A DNA stretch of 62,390 nucleotides, from the NCBI GenBank assembly GCA_030753015.1, contig JASMDC010000023.1, forward strand, positions 1 to 62,390, read 5' to 3'. Made by a program: the position numbers and the translations under genes. Source of the stretch: Candidatus Undinarchaeales archaeon (GTDB lineage: Archaea > SpSt-1190 > JASMDC01). The notes under the pieces are model-generated. The model worked only from the letters and a program-made list of their open reading frames with translations. It was not told the origin of the DNA and did not search any database. Below are positions 9,470 through 20,000 of the stretch, piece by piece (positions within the stretch are counted from its first letter, which is position 1; each line of letters starts with the position of its first letter).

Positions 9470-11770
9470 TCACTTCCTCCCTTTCTTTGGAGTGTCCTCC
9501 GCTTGTTCGAAGGTGAGCTGTCCACTCTTCTCCCCGAAGGTCAGCCGGGTCGTAGAGCCCGTGCTCACGCTCGAGGCGACGATGACTCCGGCCCTCGCCT
9601 CGACCACCATCTCGGCGATGCCCTTGAGCATGGCGACCGTCTCTTCACCACAGATCGTCGAGTCAGCGGCGATGATGAGGGTTGCGTCGTACTTATCACA
9701 CATTGCCTTGATGTGGAACACGAACTTGTAGAGCATGGTGGTGGCCTCCTTGATGGCGGAGACCGGGAGCTCGACGACAACGATGATGGAACTGACAGGG
9801 AAGTCATCCAGTGCTCGCTTCAGCTCGTACGAGAGCTTGTTGAAAGTGACGCCGATGGTACGACAGCCCTTGGTAGCCTCCTTGGAGTCCTCGATATTGG
9901 GATCCATGGAGAGCAGGAGAAGACGGTCGTCCTCAAGGAGCGCGTCCACATCCACCCCCTCAGAGAGCAGGTGGCGGGTGATGCCATGTCGGGCCTGGGC
10001 CACCCAGACGGCGTTGCGGTATGCGCGCAGGTTCGCGGTGAGGAGTCCCGAGATGAACTGCTCCTTGGGGAACTCCGGCTCGTACGTCACGAGGAGCGTA
10101 TACTTGTTCGGAATCTTCCCGATGGTACGGTTCAAGGGGCCGAAACCCCATGGGTGGGAATCGGCGAAGAACGCGTTCACCATGATGTCGGATACTCCTG
10201 CAGAGCGGTAGAGAGGCTTGGATGCGACCTCTTTGACGTTCTCCATCAGGATCTCGCCCACCTTGTCACGGGACATCACGTTCTTGAACGGCTCAAGGGC
10301 CAGGCGATGTGCCCGTAGGTAGAGCCGGGATATATAGCGGACCATGTCCTTCTCTGTGGCGCCCTTGTCCTTGCAGAAGGTCAGGAAGGCATCCCCGTCG
10401 AAGGCGATGCGGCCGCCTTCGGAGCGCACGAACTCGCCGCCCCAGACACCATCGATGGCGTTTATCACCACCTTGGTGAAGCCGGCCTCCAGCGGGATGG
10501 AGCCGAGGAACTTGTTCATGACCTCCGATACAGCCTGGGCAAGGACCAATGTCTTGGGGAGGATGTAGCCCTCTACACCGGGTGGAGGACGTTCCTCGGT
10601 GGTAGCGAAGTGGATCAGGATATCTCCCTTCATGCTGTCCTCTGTGTACTCCTTGTCTATCTTCGGCGGCTCCAGCTCCTTAAGGAGGTCGATGAGCGCG
10701 AAGAACAGGTCGGACACCCCTCGCTGCACATCGGTGTCGGACAAGTCGACCTCGCTCAGGTCGAAGCTCCGCTTTTCGGGATTGAACGTAACGTCCTGCA
10801 TTGCCTTGTTCTCTCGCAGGATGCGTCCGACCGCGCTCTCGAGCTCGTTGATCTTGAGGAACTTGCCAGCAAGATAGTCCAGGATATCCGCTGAGATGTG
10901 GACTTCCTCGCTTTCCTTGCGGGGACCCTTACGCGGGCCGATCACGAAAGCCTTTGTGAAGATCATCAAAGCCCTCAGTTTGTAGATATATCCTACGACA
11001 AGGAAGAAGAGACCTGCGAAGGAGTAGAACAGGGTCTCGGGGAAGATCATCTGACGCAACTGCTCGGGATACACCCAGAATTCGTATACGAGAATGCCTA
11101 GGAACGTCGTGACGAACAACGAGTCGGCGATCATCCACTTGAAGCGTCGGAACACCGGGCTCTCACGTACGATGAGGATGCCCGAGAGCGTGAAGTAGAG
11201 GTTGGCTACCAAGAAGGCCGCGATTCCAACGATGGGAAAGATATACACTCGTTCCTCTAGCATTATATGCGGGTTGAAGAACATTGGAACCACAGTCCCC
11301 GCCCCTGCGATGATTATAGAGAACACCGCATACTTCAGGTTCGATGGATCTAGCACCGTTGGTTGTAGCTCGAATACCTTGCACCAGTCCGCTAGGAAGA
11401 GCACCAGCACGAACACCGTCATGAACAGGAGCGACATCTTCACCTGGGGGAGCACGTTTGGCACATGAACCGACGCTTCGGCCAAGAGCTGGAGGGGGAC
11501 CACGAACACCGATGCTTGAAAGAGGATGAGGCCGATAACGAAGAGCACCATACCTGATGTGAGCGTGTCCCATGCCTCGGAGCGAACGCTTGTCCGGATT
11601 GTGAACCCATAGACAAGGGTCAAGTAGATGACCGCGGCCCAGAGGATGGTACCAAGACCCAATGAGGTCTTGCTCTGGATATCGATGAAGCGGGCTTCGG
11701 AACCCAGGATCGGCTGTGCGATGAGGATAGTAACGAGCGCTGCCAGGAGGAGAAGACGTCGGACGCTCAT
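9470..11770 (-). CDS. Multi-TM membrane protein with cytoplasmic helical region and C-terminal degenerate KaiC/RecA-like domain (receptor A)
   Basis: Signal-like N-terminus, about 7 TM segments, C-terminal WGFGPLNRTIGKIPNKYTLLV.YEPEFPKE resembling the KaiC-domain start without an intact Walker A; ATGA overlap with the upstream gene; paralog of 14572-16803. Confidence 0.65.
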   Translation of the reverse strand: MSVRRLLLLAALVTILIAQPILGSEARFIDIQSKTSLGLGTILWAAVIYLTLVYGFTIRTSVRSEAWDTLTSGMVLFVIGLILFQASVFVVPLQLLAEASVHVPNVLPQVKMSLLFMTVFVLVLFLADWCKVFELQPTVLDPSNLKYAVFSIIIAGAGTVVPMFFNPHIMLEERVYIFPIVGIAAFLVANLYFTLSGILIVRESPVFRRFKWMIADSLFVTTFLGILVYEFWVYPEQLRQMIFPETLFYSFAGLFFLVVGYIYKLRALMIFTKAFVIGPRKGPRKESEEVHISADILDYLAGKFLKINELESAVGRILRENKAMQDVTFNPEKRSFDLSEVDLSDTDVQRGVSDLFFALIDLLKELEPPKIDKEYTEDSMKGDILIHFATTEERPPPGVEGYILPKTLVLAQAVSEVMNKFLGSIPLEAGFTKVVINAIDGVWGGEFVRSEGGRIAFDGDAFLTFCKDKGATEKDMVRYISRLYLRAHRLALEPFKNVMSRDKVGEILMENVKEVASKPLYRSAGVSDIMVNAFFADSHPWGFGPLNRTIGKIPNKYTLLVTYEPEFPKEQFISGLLTANLRAYRNAVWVAQARHGITRHLLSEGVDVDALLEDDRLLLLSMDPNIEDSKEATKGCRTIGVTFNKLSYELKRALDDFPVSSIIVVVELPVSAIKEATTMLYKFVFHIKAMCDKYDATLIIAADSTICGEETVAMLKGIAEMVVEARAGVIVASSVSTGSTTRLTFGEKSGQLTFEQAEDTPKKGRK

Positions 11771-12261
11771 CGCCAATCGTCCCCCTCTCCCATCTTCGCT
11801 CGCGCCCTCTCATATGCATGCATGAGGGTCGCTACGGCCTTGGGCGCCCGAGTGAACCTGTACAATTCGACAAACGCCATGAGTATGAAGATCCCCTTGA
11901 ACACAGCGAAGTAGTGCTTACCGGTCTTTAGCATATAGAACACTGTGTTCTTATGTGCGTACTCCTCCACTGTCCGTTCCGAGATGGTGCAAACTGCGTC
12001 AAGTGTGATAAAAACGATCGCGAAGTAGATGAGCAGCGTCATCTTGCCGAACCTCGACTCCTTGAGGTAGGAGTAAAGGAGCCAACAAACATACACAGCA
12101 AGGATCTCGGCAGCCGTCTCGAATGTCTTGGTTACAAGTAGGATGTAGAAATCGTACTCATCCAGGAAGCGTACGGGGCGGAGCCATGAGATCAGGCCGA
12201 TGATGATGAAGAAGCCCGCGAGCGATGTGATGAACAGTACCTTAAGGTGTTTCTCTTCCAT
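11767..12261 (-). CDS. Small 4-TM membrane protein
   Basis: Four hydrophobic segments; overlaps both neighbours (translational coupling). Confidence 0.7.
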   Translation of the reverse strand: MEEKHLKVLFITSLAGFFIIIGLISWLRPVRFLDEYDFYILLVTKTFETAAEILAVYVCWLLYSYLKESRFGKMTLLIYFAIVFITLDAVCTISERTVEEYAHKNTVFYMLKTGKHYFAVFKGIFILMAFVELYRFTRAPKAVATLMHAYERARAKMGEGDDWR

Positions 12262-12632
12262 TAGAGGATCTCCTGTATACGGGACGCCGATCGGCCCATC
12301 TCTAAGAGCACGGTGCCCAGAGGCGCCTCGGGGCCGGTCAGCACCACCAGCACGGCGGTGGAGCCCGCTCCTATGGCGATGAGGCGACCCGTGGACGTCT
12401 CGACGATGAACCGATTAACGTGTCCCTTCCTAAGTTCGATGAGAGCGGTCTCGGCCGCGCCCATCATCGTGGCAGACATAGCGGCGAACACAGCAGGATC
12501 GGTCCCCTTGAATATGTCCGATGCAATAAGGAGGCCCTCAGTAGTGACGATTGCCGATGCATCGATGACACCACACCGCTTGAGCATGGACAAGCATGTA
12601 TCGAGCTGCTCCTTCTTGTACATATCGGACAC
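12261..12632 (-). CDS. Roadblock/LC7 (MglB-like) protein
   Basis: ASAIVTTEGLLIAS...FAAMSATMMGAAETA...LGTVLLEM. Confidence 0.92.
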   Translation of the reverse strand: MSDMYKKEQLDTCLSMLKRCGVIDASAIVTTEGLLIASDIFKGTDPAVFAAMSATMMGAAETALIELRKGHVNRFIVETSTGRLIAIGAGSTAVLVVLTGPEAPLGTVLLEMGRSASRIQEIL

Positions 12633-13805
12633 CTATACCTGGATTATCGAGTCCACCAGCGTTTCGAACGCTAGATAGACACCTTCTCCCTCCTTCGCTG
12701 CTACTGGGATGATAGGGATTTCTTCGGGGATTGTCATTTGTTTTCGGATCTCATCCACGGAGATGGCATCGGCACGGTCCTGCTTGTTGGCCACGACAAC
12801 AAAGGGCAGGTCGTAGGTCTTGGTCGACTCGAGCATCTGCTTCGCTCGGGAAAAGCCTCCAGGATCGGTCGAATCTACCACAAGGAACACTCCCAGGGCC
12901 TGGCCTCCAAGAAGTTTCAGGATGGGATCGAACCTCTCCTGGCCAGGAGTACCGAATATATCGGCCGAGAACTCCTTATGGTCTATATGGCCGAAGTCAA
13001 GGGCAACGGTCGTTCCAAGGCGGTCCACTGACACCGATGCGTTGGAGAGGGCGTGTACGAAAGTTGATTTTCCCGCGTTGAACGGTCCGGTGACGAGAAG
13101 CTTCGGGATGTAGACCTTGACTCCGCCTGGCCGCGACACCTTGAACAACAGGGTTCGCTCGTTCTGGCTGTCCAGCCAGTCCGCTCGTAGCACTCCGTAG
13201 TACTGGCCGAACATCACCCGTTCACCCACACCCCCGACTCGGACCACGGCATTGAAGATCTTATCGCGGATCCGGGCGACGGTATCCTCCGCATAGGGCC
13301 AGGCCGTGAAGTTGGCGATTACAACACAGTCGTTGAGCCGTGCCTGCTTCAACCAGCGATGCACGAACTCCAGTGATCGCTCCTCACCGCAGAGGTCCAT
13401 GATTGTCGAGAGGGACTCGAAGAACAGTAGTGCACCAGTGGAGTCATCGATGGCCTTGGTCATCGTGGCGTCGATGCTCTCAAGGTCCTCAGGATCATCA
13501 ACCACATGTTTCGCGTCGGAAGGGGCCTTGGTCAGCCCGGAGTGAAGGTCGATTATGTTGAGCCGATCCTTGATTACGTCGAAGTCCCAACCGAAGCCCT
13601 CAACGTATTCCTGAACTTTCGATGGATGAGTGGTCGATACAACGAACACTCCTTGCATGCCATTCTCAATGTTCTTGACCGCGGTCTGGAGCCCGAACAC
13701 GCTCCCGTCGATACCGGGTTGTATAAGGTAGAGAAGGGACCGACCGCCAGGAACACCCCCGCTAAGGAGGGTGTCGAGCTTGGGGATGCATGTGGGAAGG
13801 ATCAC
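12633..13805 (-). CDS. Degenerate KaiC/RAD55-like domain fused to an MglA-like small GTPase
   Basis: N-terminal TCIPKLDTLLSGGVPGG with no Walker A lysine; C-terminal G1 GPFNAGKST, TTVALDFG, G3 GTPGQERF, G4 NKQD. Confidence 0.9.
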   Translation of the reverse strand: MILPTCIPKLDTLLSGGVPGGRSLLYLIQPGIDGSVFGLQTAVKNIENGMQGVFVVSTTHPSKVQEYVEGFGWDFDVIKDRLNIIDLHSGLTKAPSDAKHVVDDPEDLESIDATMTKAIDDSTGALLFFESLSTIMDLCGEERSLEFVHRWLKQARLNDCVVIANFTAWPYAEDTVARIRDKIFNAVVRVGGVGERVMFGQYYGVLRADWLDSQNERTLLFKVSRPGGVKVYIPKLLVTGPFNAGKSTFVHALSNASVSVDRLGTTVALDFGHIDHKEFSADIFGTPGQERFDPILKLLGGQALGVFLVVDSTDPGGFSRAKQMLESTKTYDLPFVVVANKQDRADAISVDEIRKQMTIPEEIPIIPVAAKEGEGVYLAFETLVDSIIQV

Positions 13806-14515
13806 GGACCTTCCTCCAAGAACTGGATGTTGCCTTTCTGGACGTTATACTTGTACCATTCGGACGGAGTGGATTGAAGGCCCACCACGCGCATTGCCTT
13901 GGCATCGTTGTCCTTACGTACCTCAATGACTCCCTGAACTAGCTGGTTTATTGTTACCATGCTCTGCTCATCATGCATCCCTTCCTCGACTAGGAACATA
14001 CCCATGGCATCTATCTTCCTAACGGTGCTGGTGAGCACGTGCAGGAAGCGGAACACCGTGGGGAGCTTGGCGTACATGAGGATTATGGATAAGGAGTCCA
14101 CGAAGACCCAGACTTTCGAGATATTCTGCTTCCGCCACAGGGTATTGAGGAGGTCTGTGACCTCGATCGTTATGCCTGCCATATCCATTGGACCGTTGAC
14201 CTGACGGATGGATGGGTGGATAGGACCACTCAGACCGACGTTCACAGAGGCCGATACACAGTCGATGATACCGAAACGATCGCCATGAGGCTCCAGATCG
14301 AGGCCATTGCTATCGAACCAGTCGAGGAGCTTCTCACCCGTATCGTTCGTACTGATGTAGATTACACCTTCCTCACGCTCCAGCGCCCGGTGCATGAGGA
14401 TCTTTGCTACTTCGGACTTGTGGCTCATGGGGGGGCCCAGGATGACCACGTTCGAGCCACCCGGCACCTCACCCACGACAGCATCGAGCGGGCCCAAGCC
14501 CAAGGTATAGCTCAT
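13802..14515 (-). CDS. KaiC/RAD55-family ATPase, single domain
   Basis: LGLGPLDAVVG, variant Walker A GPPMSHKS, Walker B VFVDSLS, FRFLHVL; start set to ATG 14515 because a TATA box lies 24 nt upstream. Confidence 0.85.
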   Translation of the reverse strand: MSYTLGLGPLDAVVGEVPGGSNVVILGPPMSHKSEVAKILMHRALEREEGVIYISTNDTGEKLLDWFDSNGLDLEPHGDRFGIIDCVSASVNVGLSGPIHPSIRQVNGPMDMAGITIEVTDLLNTLWRKQNISKVWVFVDSLSIILMYAKLPTVFRFLHVLTSTVRKIDAMGMFLVEEGMHDEQSMVTINQLVQGVIEVRKDNDAKAMRVVGLQSTPSEWYKYNVQKGNIQFLEEGP

Positions 14516-14538
14516 CGGCCCTGCCAACGAGGACATAT

Positions 14539-14546
14539 TATATAAA
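14539..14546 (-). promoter_or_regulatory. TATA box of the KaiC/GTPase/Roadblock operon
   Basis: TTTATATA on the minus strand about 24 nt upstream of ATG 14515. Confidence 0.6.
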
Positions 14547-14571
14547 TATACGGCGAGGGGTCCGGCGGCCG

Positions 14572-16803
14572 TTAAAGGGTGAGGGAAACGTACGACTCCT
14601 TGGTTGTCCCCACCAGTTGAGCCTTGATTCGACCATCCCGTTTTGCCTCGATCACGACCTCGCTGAGGTCGGACAGAACGGCGAAGGACCGGTCATCGCA
14701 CAGTTCGTTGTTAACCTCAAGGATGAAGGTGACATTGTAGGTCTCGCTCAAGCTCTTGAGGGCGCTAGCGAACCGGTAGAGCGCCAGAGGATGATTCTGG
14801 AGAAGGGGTATCGGTAGCGAGAGGACAGTGCATACACCGGAAGGAGGAAAGCTCTCTAGAGCCTTCTTTACGCTCCACTCCAGATCTGCGAACCTGTCGC
14901 CTACTCTGGAGACGTTGGTACCAACATCGGTTACGCCCTCGATAGTGGCATCGATGCGCATCAGCTTTAGGGCATTCTCCTCCAGCAGGGCCTCAGCAGG
15001 GAGATAGGCGGAGATGAACTCGGTCAGCACTGCGTGCTTCGCCTGTGTCACCCATAGAGCATTACGGTAATGCTCGAGGTTCTCAGCAAGAAAGGCTGCA
15101 CAGAATCGTTCTTTGGGGAAGCCCGAATCGGCTGCCAAGAGCGTAAGATAGCCTGCATGCAGCCTTCCGATTTCTTTCTCCAGTTCCTGGAAGCCCCACC
15201 CGTGATTACGTGCGAAATAGGCGTTGAGGAGGATTTCTGAGACATCAGCGGCCCGATAGAGCGGTTTCTCGACAACCTTACGAACATGATCCTCGAGGAG
15301 AGCGTTCAGATGCTTGTGGTCGATGAGCTTTGTGACAGGTCCGAACATTACGCGGTGCGCTTTGAGATACTTCTGAATGGCAGCGTCCACAAGCTCTTCC
15401 TCATCCAGCTCCTCCTCTTCGAGCTCTTTGAAGAAACCGTCGGCATCGAAGGCAAGACCGCTGTCCACATGTTCGAAGAACTCGCCCCCCCATGCTTCAT
15501 GTGCCTTGTTGGCCACGACTTTGCTGAATCCCGCCTCAAGAGGAAGGGCGGAAAGAAGAGCATCCATGGTCTCCTGGAAAGCGGTCTTGAGCACACGAGA
15601 GCGGGGTAGAAGGTGCCCTGTGACCTTGGGAGGGAGATCCTCTATCTGGTCGTCGAAACGCTTCAGAAGGCGAGCCTTCAATGAGTCTTCAGTATAGTCC
15701 TCGTCCACAACCGGCGGGTGGAACCTGACGATGCTCTCGAACAGGGTAGTGTAGAGGTCAGTGAGCCCAACAAGGACCTGTTCGGAGGACGTGTCCAGAT
15801 CCTTGGTCTTCAGACGACGCTTGTCCCGGTCGTACTTGAGCGGTGCGAGAGCGGGCTCGTCCCGGACTGCTTTGATGAGCATGCCCTCTATCGGAGCCTC
15901 GCTGATAAAGCGACCCACCAGGAACGTGACGACCTCAATCGCGAGCTCACCCTCGACCTCGGAGACCTCCAGTTCGGTGCTCTCAGGGAGCAGGGCCTTG
16001 ACGAAGAGCTGCATAGCCTGAAGATGGAGCACGTAGCCTATGAGGAGGAGGAGGATGCCTGTAAAGAGAGGGAAGAGGATGGGCGCGTACACGTCGACAC
16101 GCATATCAGCGGGGGTTGCCACGTACTCGCCAACCATCACGATCATCAGGCAGGTGAGCAGGACCGAATAGCCAACCATCCACTTGAACCGCGAGAGAAC
16201 GCGGACACGCGTCAAGAGGAAATACCCCGTGAGGGTGAAGTAGGCGTTCAGGGCAAGGAACGCCGCGCACGCGATGATGGGGAAGGTCATGGTCCGAGGC
16301 TCGATACCGACGTTCGGGAGATCAAGGAAAGGGAACGCGAAGGCCAGGGACGCCAGCACAATGGCAACGGGGAGGAAGCCCAGGTTGCGTGTGGCCATGA
16401 TGCGGGGCGAGAGCGAGAATATACGTGACCACTCAACGAGGAAGAGGAAGCCAGATGTGACAACTGAAAAAATGAACAGGATCCTAACGGCGGTCGGGAT
16501 GGGATTGAGGGCGAGCCAGGGCTCGTATGCAGTCAGTGGTACTGACAGATAGGAGGCTTGAACAATCGTAAGCCCAACAAGGAACAGTACCTGGCCGCTG
16601 GTGGCGAGCGTCCACACACGAGCGAGAGTGGCACGGCGGATCTCGTCACACTAGACAAGCACTAGGAAGAACACCAGCACCCAGAGCACGAATACCGCCA
16701 CAGACGAGGTGGGGGGATAGATGTTGATAGCGTACTCCTCTGCCACGACGGGGCTCATTACCAAAAGGAGTACTATCATAAGGAGGAGAGCTCGCGTTCG
16801 CAT
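14572..16803 (-). pseudogene. Paralog of receptor A (receptor B) interrupted by an in-frame TAG at codon 51 (16651-16653)
   Basis: ATG 16803 gives MRTRALLLMIVLLLVMSPVVAEE...LWVLVFFLVLV*CDEIRR...WTLATSG, aligning without gaps to receptor A LWAAVIYLTLVYGFTIR...WDTLTSG; shared YTEDS, PLEAGF, WGGEF, KPLYR, NA.FA..H.WGF and FPKE motifs downstream. Confidence 0.75.
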
Positions 16804-16858
16804 CGTTCACGCCCCCCCTCCACATCTTTTTATCTTTATCCCGATATGGTGGTATATC

Positions 16859-17212
16859 ATGGACTCAGAGGATACCTATCGTAAGCATCCGTTCGAGCTC
16901 GTCATCAAGACTAATGGTCTTTCGGTCAATGAGATGCTCGACGTCGCCGAGGTCATCGACTCCTTCGAGATCACCGAGGACGTAGAGGAGTATATTGTGG
17001 TGGACGTTATCGAGGCCACCTGCGAGAACATACTCGTCGTGGTCACCCCGAAAGACGCCCTCACCTATGATATGATGAAGCAGGTCATCAACAGCATCCT
17101 TAAGAAGGTGAAGAGCGTCATCGGGAATAAGTTCATCCACCTCGAAGCCATCCGCTGGCGTGTGGAGCGAACAGGCATCTCCTCGACCCTGCATTCACAA
17201 AGGTTCGCTTAG
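16859..17212 (+). CDS. Hypothetical protein (about 117 aa)
   Basis: ATG 16859 (MDSEDTYRKHPFELVIK); codon usage like neighbouring genes; ends just before aroE. Confidence 0.65.
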   Translation: MDSEDTYRKHPFELVIKTNGLSVNEMLDVAEVIDSFEITEDVEEYIVVDVIEATCENILVVVTPKDALTYDMMKQVINSILKKVKSVIGNKFIHLEAIRWRVERTGISSTLHSQRFA

Positions 17213-17223
17213 GATTGGCCGGG

Positions 17224-18060
17224 ATGACCGGCTACGTGTTCATCATCGGCGATCCCGTGGAGCACTCGCTCTCACCGGACATGCACAACGCGGCCTTCGC
17301 CCATCTAGGGCTGGACCTGCGATACTTGCGGTTCCGGGTACCCCGCGAACGTCTTGAGAACGCCGTGCGCGGCCTGAGGGGTTTGGGTATCGTCGGAGCC
17401 AATGTCACAACCCCGCTCAAGCGAGATATCATCAAACATCTCGACAGGTTGGCACCATCGTCAGCTGAGACCGGTGCAGTAAATACGGTCGTCGCTGAGG
17501 AAGGGGAGCTCGTTGGTCACAACACCGATGGCGAGGGCGCTATCTCCGCCCTCGAGGAGGCCACCACTCTTGACGGTCGCTACGTGGTCGTGCTCGGTGC
17601 CGGCGGCACGGCGGCTGCCGTGTGCTATGCCTTGGCGTCCAGGGACGTGTCCCTTCTTATCCTGAACCGCACACCGTCGCATGCAGAGGAGCTCGCTGCC
17701 TCCTTGAATCCCGCCCGCGGTGTCGAGACCGGATCCTTGTTGGACAGGGACGCAGTACGGCGTGTGCACGCCAGTGATGTTGTTGTGAACGCCACCACGG
17801 TTGGTATGGGAGAGGACCGGTCACCCCTTCCCTCCGATGCCTTCCATCCAGGGATGACGGTACTCGACTGTGTGTACCATCCACTCCACACTCGGTTACT
17901 GCGTGAGGCCGAGGGTGCGGGAGCTGTCACTATCCCGGGCACTCGCATGCTTATTCACCAAGGGGCCGCATCGTTCAGGCTATGGACCGGGAAACCCGCT
18001 CCGCTCGATGTGATAGAGGGCGGGCTCGTGAGGGCTCTTGGAAGGAGAGGTCAACTGTGA
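17224..18060 (+). CDS. aroE: Shikimate dehydrogenase
   Basis: GDPVEHSLSP.MHN, GANVTTPLK, GAVNT, GHNTDG, LGAGG, NRT, NATTVGM, MLIHQG. Confidence 0.95.
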   Translation: MTGYVFIIGDPVEHSLSPDMHNAAFAHLGLDLRYLRFRVPRERLENAVRGLRGLGIVGANVTTPLKRDIIKHLDRLAPSSAETGAVNTVVAEEGELVGHNTDGEGAISALEEATTLDGRYVVVLGAGGTAAAVCYALASRDVSLLILNRTPSHAEELAASLNPARGVETGSLLDRDAVRRVHASDVVVNATTVGMGEDRSPLPSDAFHPGMTVLDCVYHPLHTRLLREAEGAGAVTIPGTRMLIHQGAASFRLWTGKPAPLDVIEGGLVRALGRRGQL

Positions 18061-18920
18061 AGGTCAAGGCGATCACTCATGGCTCGGCGACCCTAGTGAA
18101 CGCTATCCCTTGTGGCCGCGGTGCGGCATTCTCCCTCGACCTTCCTGTGGCGGTGACCGTGGAGCTCACGGACATCGACGCTCCAATAGAAGTCACATGC
18201 GAAGCGGACCCGGGCCTTGTCCGTCGGTGCGTGTCCGAAACGTTCGCGCGGGCGGGGTGCCTGTCGGGTGCGAGGGTGGAGGTGACCTCTTCGGTCCCCG
18301 TGGCCCGCGGGCTGTCCTCTAGCTCGGCCGTCTCAAACGCCGCGGTACTGGCGGCTACTGTGGCGGCCGAAGCGGATCCCGATGATTCTGCTGTGCTTGA
18401 TGCTGCGATCGATATCTCGATCGCGATGGGAGTATCGGTGACCGGAGCCCTGGACGACGCTCATGCCTCGTACTTCGGAGGCGCTGTGGCCACGGACAAT
18501 CTGCAGCGTAAGATAGTGATGGCGCTAAATATCCCTTCCGATGCTGTGGCCGTCGTGCTCATCCCCCCCGAGCCGAGCCCAACGGCAGCAACTGACGTGG
18601 AGGCTCTTCGCCGTTTGGCATCCCGGGCACGGACCGCTTGGGACACCACGCTCACGGAACCCGCTCGTGGTATGATCCTCAACGGCCGCCTTGTGTGCGA
18701 GGCCCTGAACATCGATCCGGCACCCATGGAGGAAGCTTTGAACGCAGGAGCCCTCGGTGCAAGCCTGAGCGGAACGGGTTCGGCCTTTGTCGCACTGGCA
18801 CGGGAGGAGGGGACCCACAAGGTATTTGAGGCGTTCCGTGCGTATGAGGGTGAGGCCAGGGTGGTAGCAATCAACTACAAGAAAGCCAGAATTGCGGCCC
18901 CGTCATCGAAACTTTTTTAA
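18057..18920 (+). CDS. aroK: Archaeal shikimate kinase (GHMP family)
   Basis: HGSATLVNAI..GRGAAF, PVARGLSSSSA, SVTGALDDA, SLSGTG; GTGA overlap with aroE. Confidence 0.92.
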   Translation: MKVKAITHGSATLVNAIPCGRGAAFSLDLPVAVTVELTDIDAPIEVTCEADPGLVRRCVSETFARAGCLSGARVEVTSSVPVARGLSSSSAVSNAAVLAATVAAEADPDDSAVLDAAIDISIAMGVSVTGALDDAHASYFGGAVATDNLQRKIVMALNIPSDAVAVVLIPPEPSPTAATDVEALRRLASRARTAWDTTLTEPARGMILNGRLVCEALNIDPAPMEEALNAGALGASLSGTGSAFVALAREEGTHKVFEAFRAYEGEARVVAINYKKARIAAPSSKLF

Positions 18921-18961
18921 ACTCGCCGCATCTAGGCTCCAAAACCGTTACGGTGTCAACA

Positions 18962-19429
18962 ATGGCTACCGAGTTCAGACATATAATCAGGATCGTCAGC
19001 GTGGATGTCGCAGGGGACCGTAAGCTCATTCCCGCCCTCATGGGCATCAAGGGGATTGGCCACGGGTACGCTACTGCGGTCGTCCATGTCTCTAAGCTCG
19101 ACAAGGATATCAAGGTCGGTGACCTCTCCAACGAGCAGATCGAGAAGATCGAGGAAATTATCAAGAACCCCACCAAGTATGGCATCCCGGATTGGATCCT
19201 TAATCGGAACCGGGACTTCGCCACGGGCGACAATATGCACTTGGTGACCTCCGATCTCGATCTCAGGAAGAGAGAGGACATCAACCGTCTCCAGCGCATC
19301 CGTTCTTACCGCGGGAGCAGGCACCGCTTCGGCCTCCCATGCCGGGGCCAGCGGACCAAGGCCTCCTTCCGCAAGGGTAAGGCCATCGGAGTCGTCCGGC
19401 GCAAGCAACAGCCGGGCGTGAAGAAGTAG
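18962..19429 (+). CDS. rps13: 30S ribosomal protein S13 (uS13)
   Basis: FRHIIRI, IKGIG, IPDWILNR.RD..TG, YRGSRHRFGLPCRGQRTK. Confidence 0.97.
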   Translation: MATEFRHIIRIVSVDVAGDRKLIPALMGIKGIGHGYATAVVHVSKLDKDIKVGDLSNEQIEKIEEIIKNPTKYGIPDWILNRNRDFATGDNMHLVTSDLDLRKREDINRLQRIRSYRGSRHRFGLPCRGQRTKASFRKGKAIGVVRRKQQPGVKK

Positions 19430-19439
19430 GTGACAGACC

Positions 19440-20000
19440 ATGGGCGATCCCAAGAAGACAAGGAAGATGTACGAGACCCCTCAGCACCCTTGGAAGAAGG
19501 GAAGGCTCGAGGAGGAAGCCCAGATCAAGCGCACTTACGGGCTCAAGAACAAGCGCGAGGTCTGGCGTGTGCAGACCATGGTTCGACGCCTGAGAGCGCG
19601 AGCACGTAACCTCATTTCCGCCCGTGGTGAGAACGCCAAGCGCCTGGAGAAGGAGCTGTTGGGCACCGTCCTCAAGCTCGGCCTCGTGGGCGATGAAGCC
19701 ACGACAGACGATATCCTTGCTCTCACAGCAGAGAGCGTCATGGACCGCCGTCTCCAGACAGTCGTTTACAAAAAAGGGCTTGCACGCAGCATGAAGCAAG
19801 CGCGCCAGTTCATCAATCACGGCCATATCACTCTTTACGGTCGACGCATCACCAGCCCCGGTTATCTCGTGCAACGTGATGAGGTGGCCAAGATTGGTTT
19901 CTACCACACGTCCGCGATGGCCGACCCTAACCACGTCGAGCGTGTCGTCCAAGCCGTGTCCAAGCCTGAGAGCGAGGCACCCGAGGAGGTGAGGGACTGA
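19440..20000 (+). CDS. rps4: 30S ribosomal protein S4 (uS4)
   Basis: [32 protein letters not shown]...GLARS..QARQFI.HGHI. Confidence 0.97.
   Translation: MGDPKKTRKMYETPQHPWKKGRLEEEAQIKRTYGLKNKREVWRVQTMVRRLRARARNLISARGENAKRLEKELLGTVLKLGLVGDEATTDDILALTAESVMDRRLQTVVYKKGLARSMKQARQFINHGHITLYGRRITSPGYLVQRDEVAKIGFYHTSAMADPNHVERVVQAVSKPESEAPEEVRD

Noticed and set aside
16651-16653. Genome-wide reassignment of TAG
   Set aside because: Conserved genes such as rps13, eno and leuS end at TAG at their expected C-termini.
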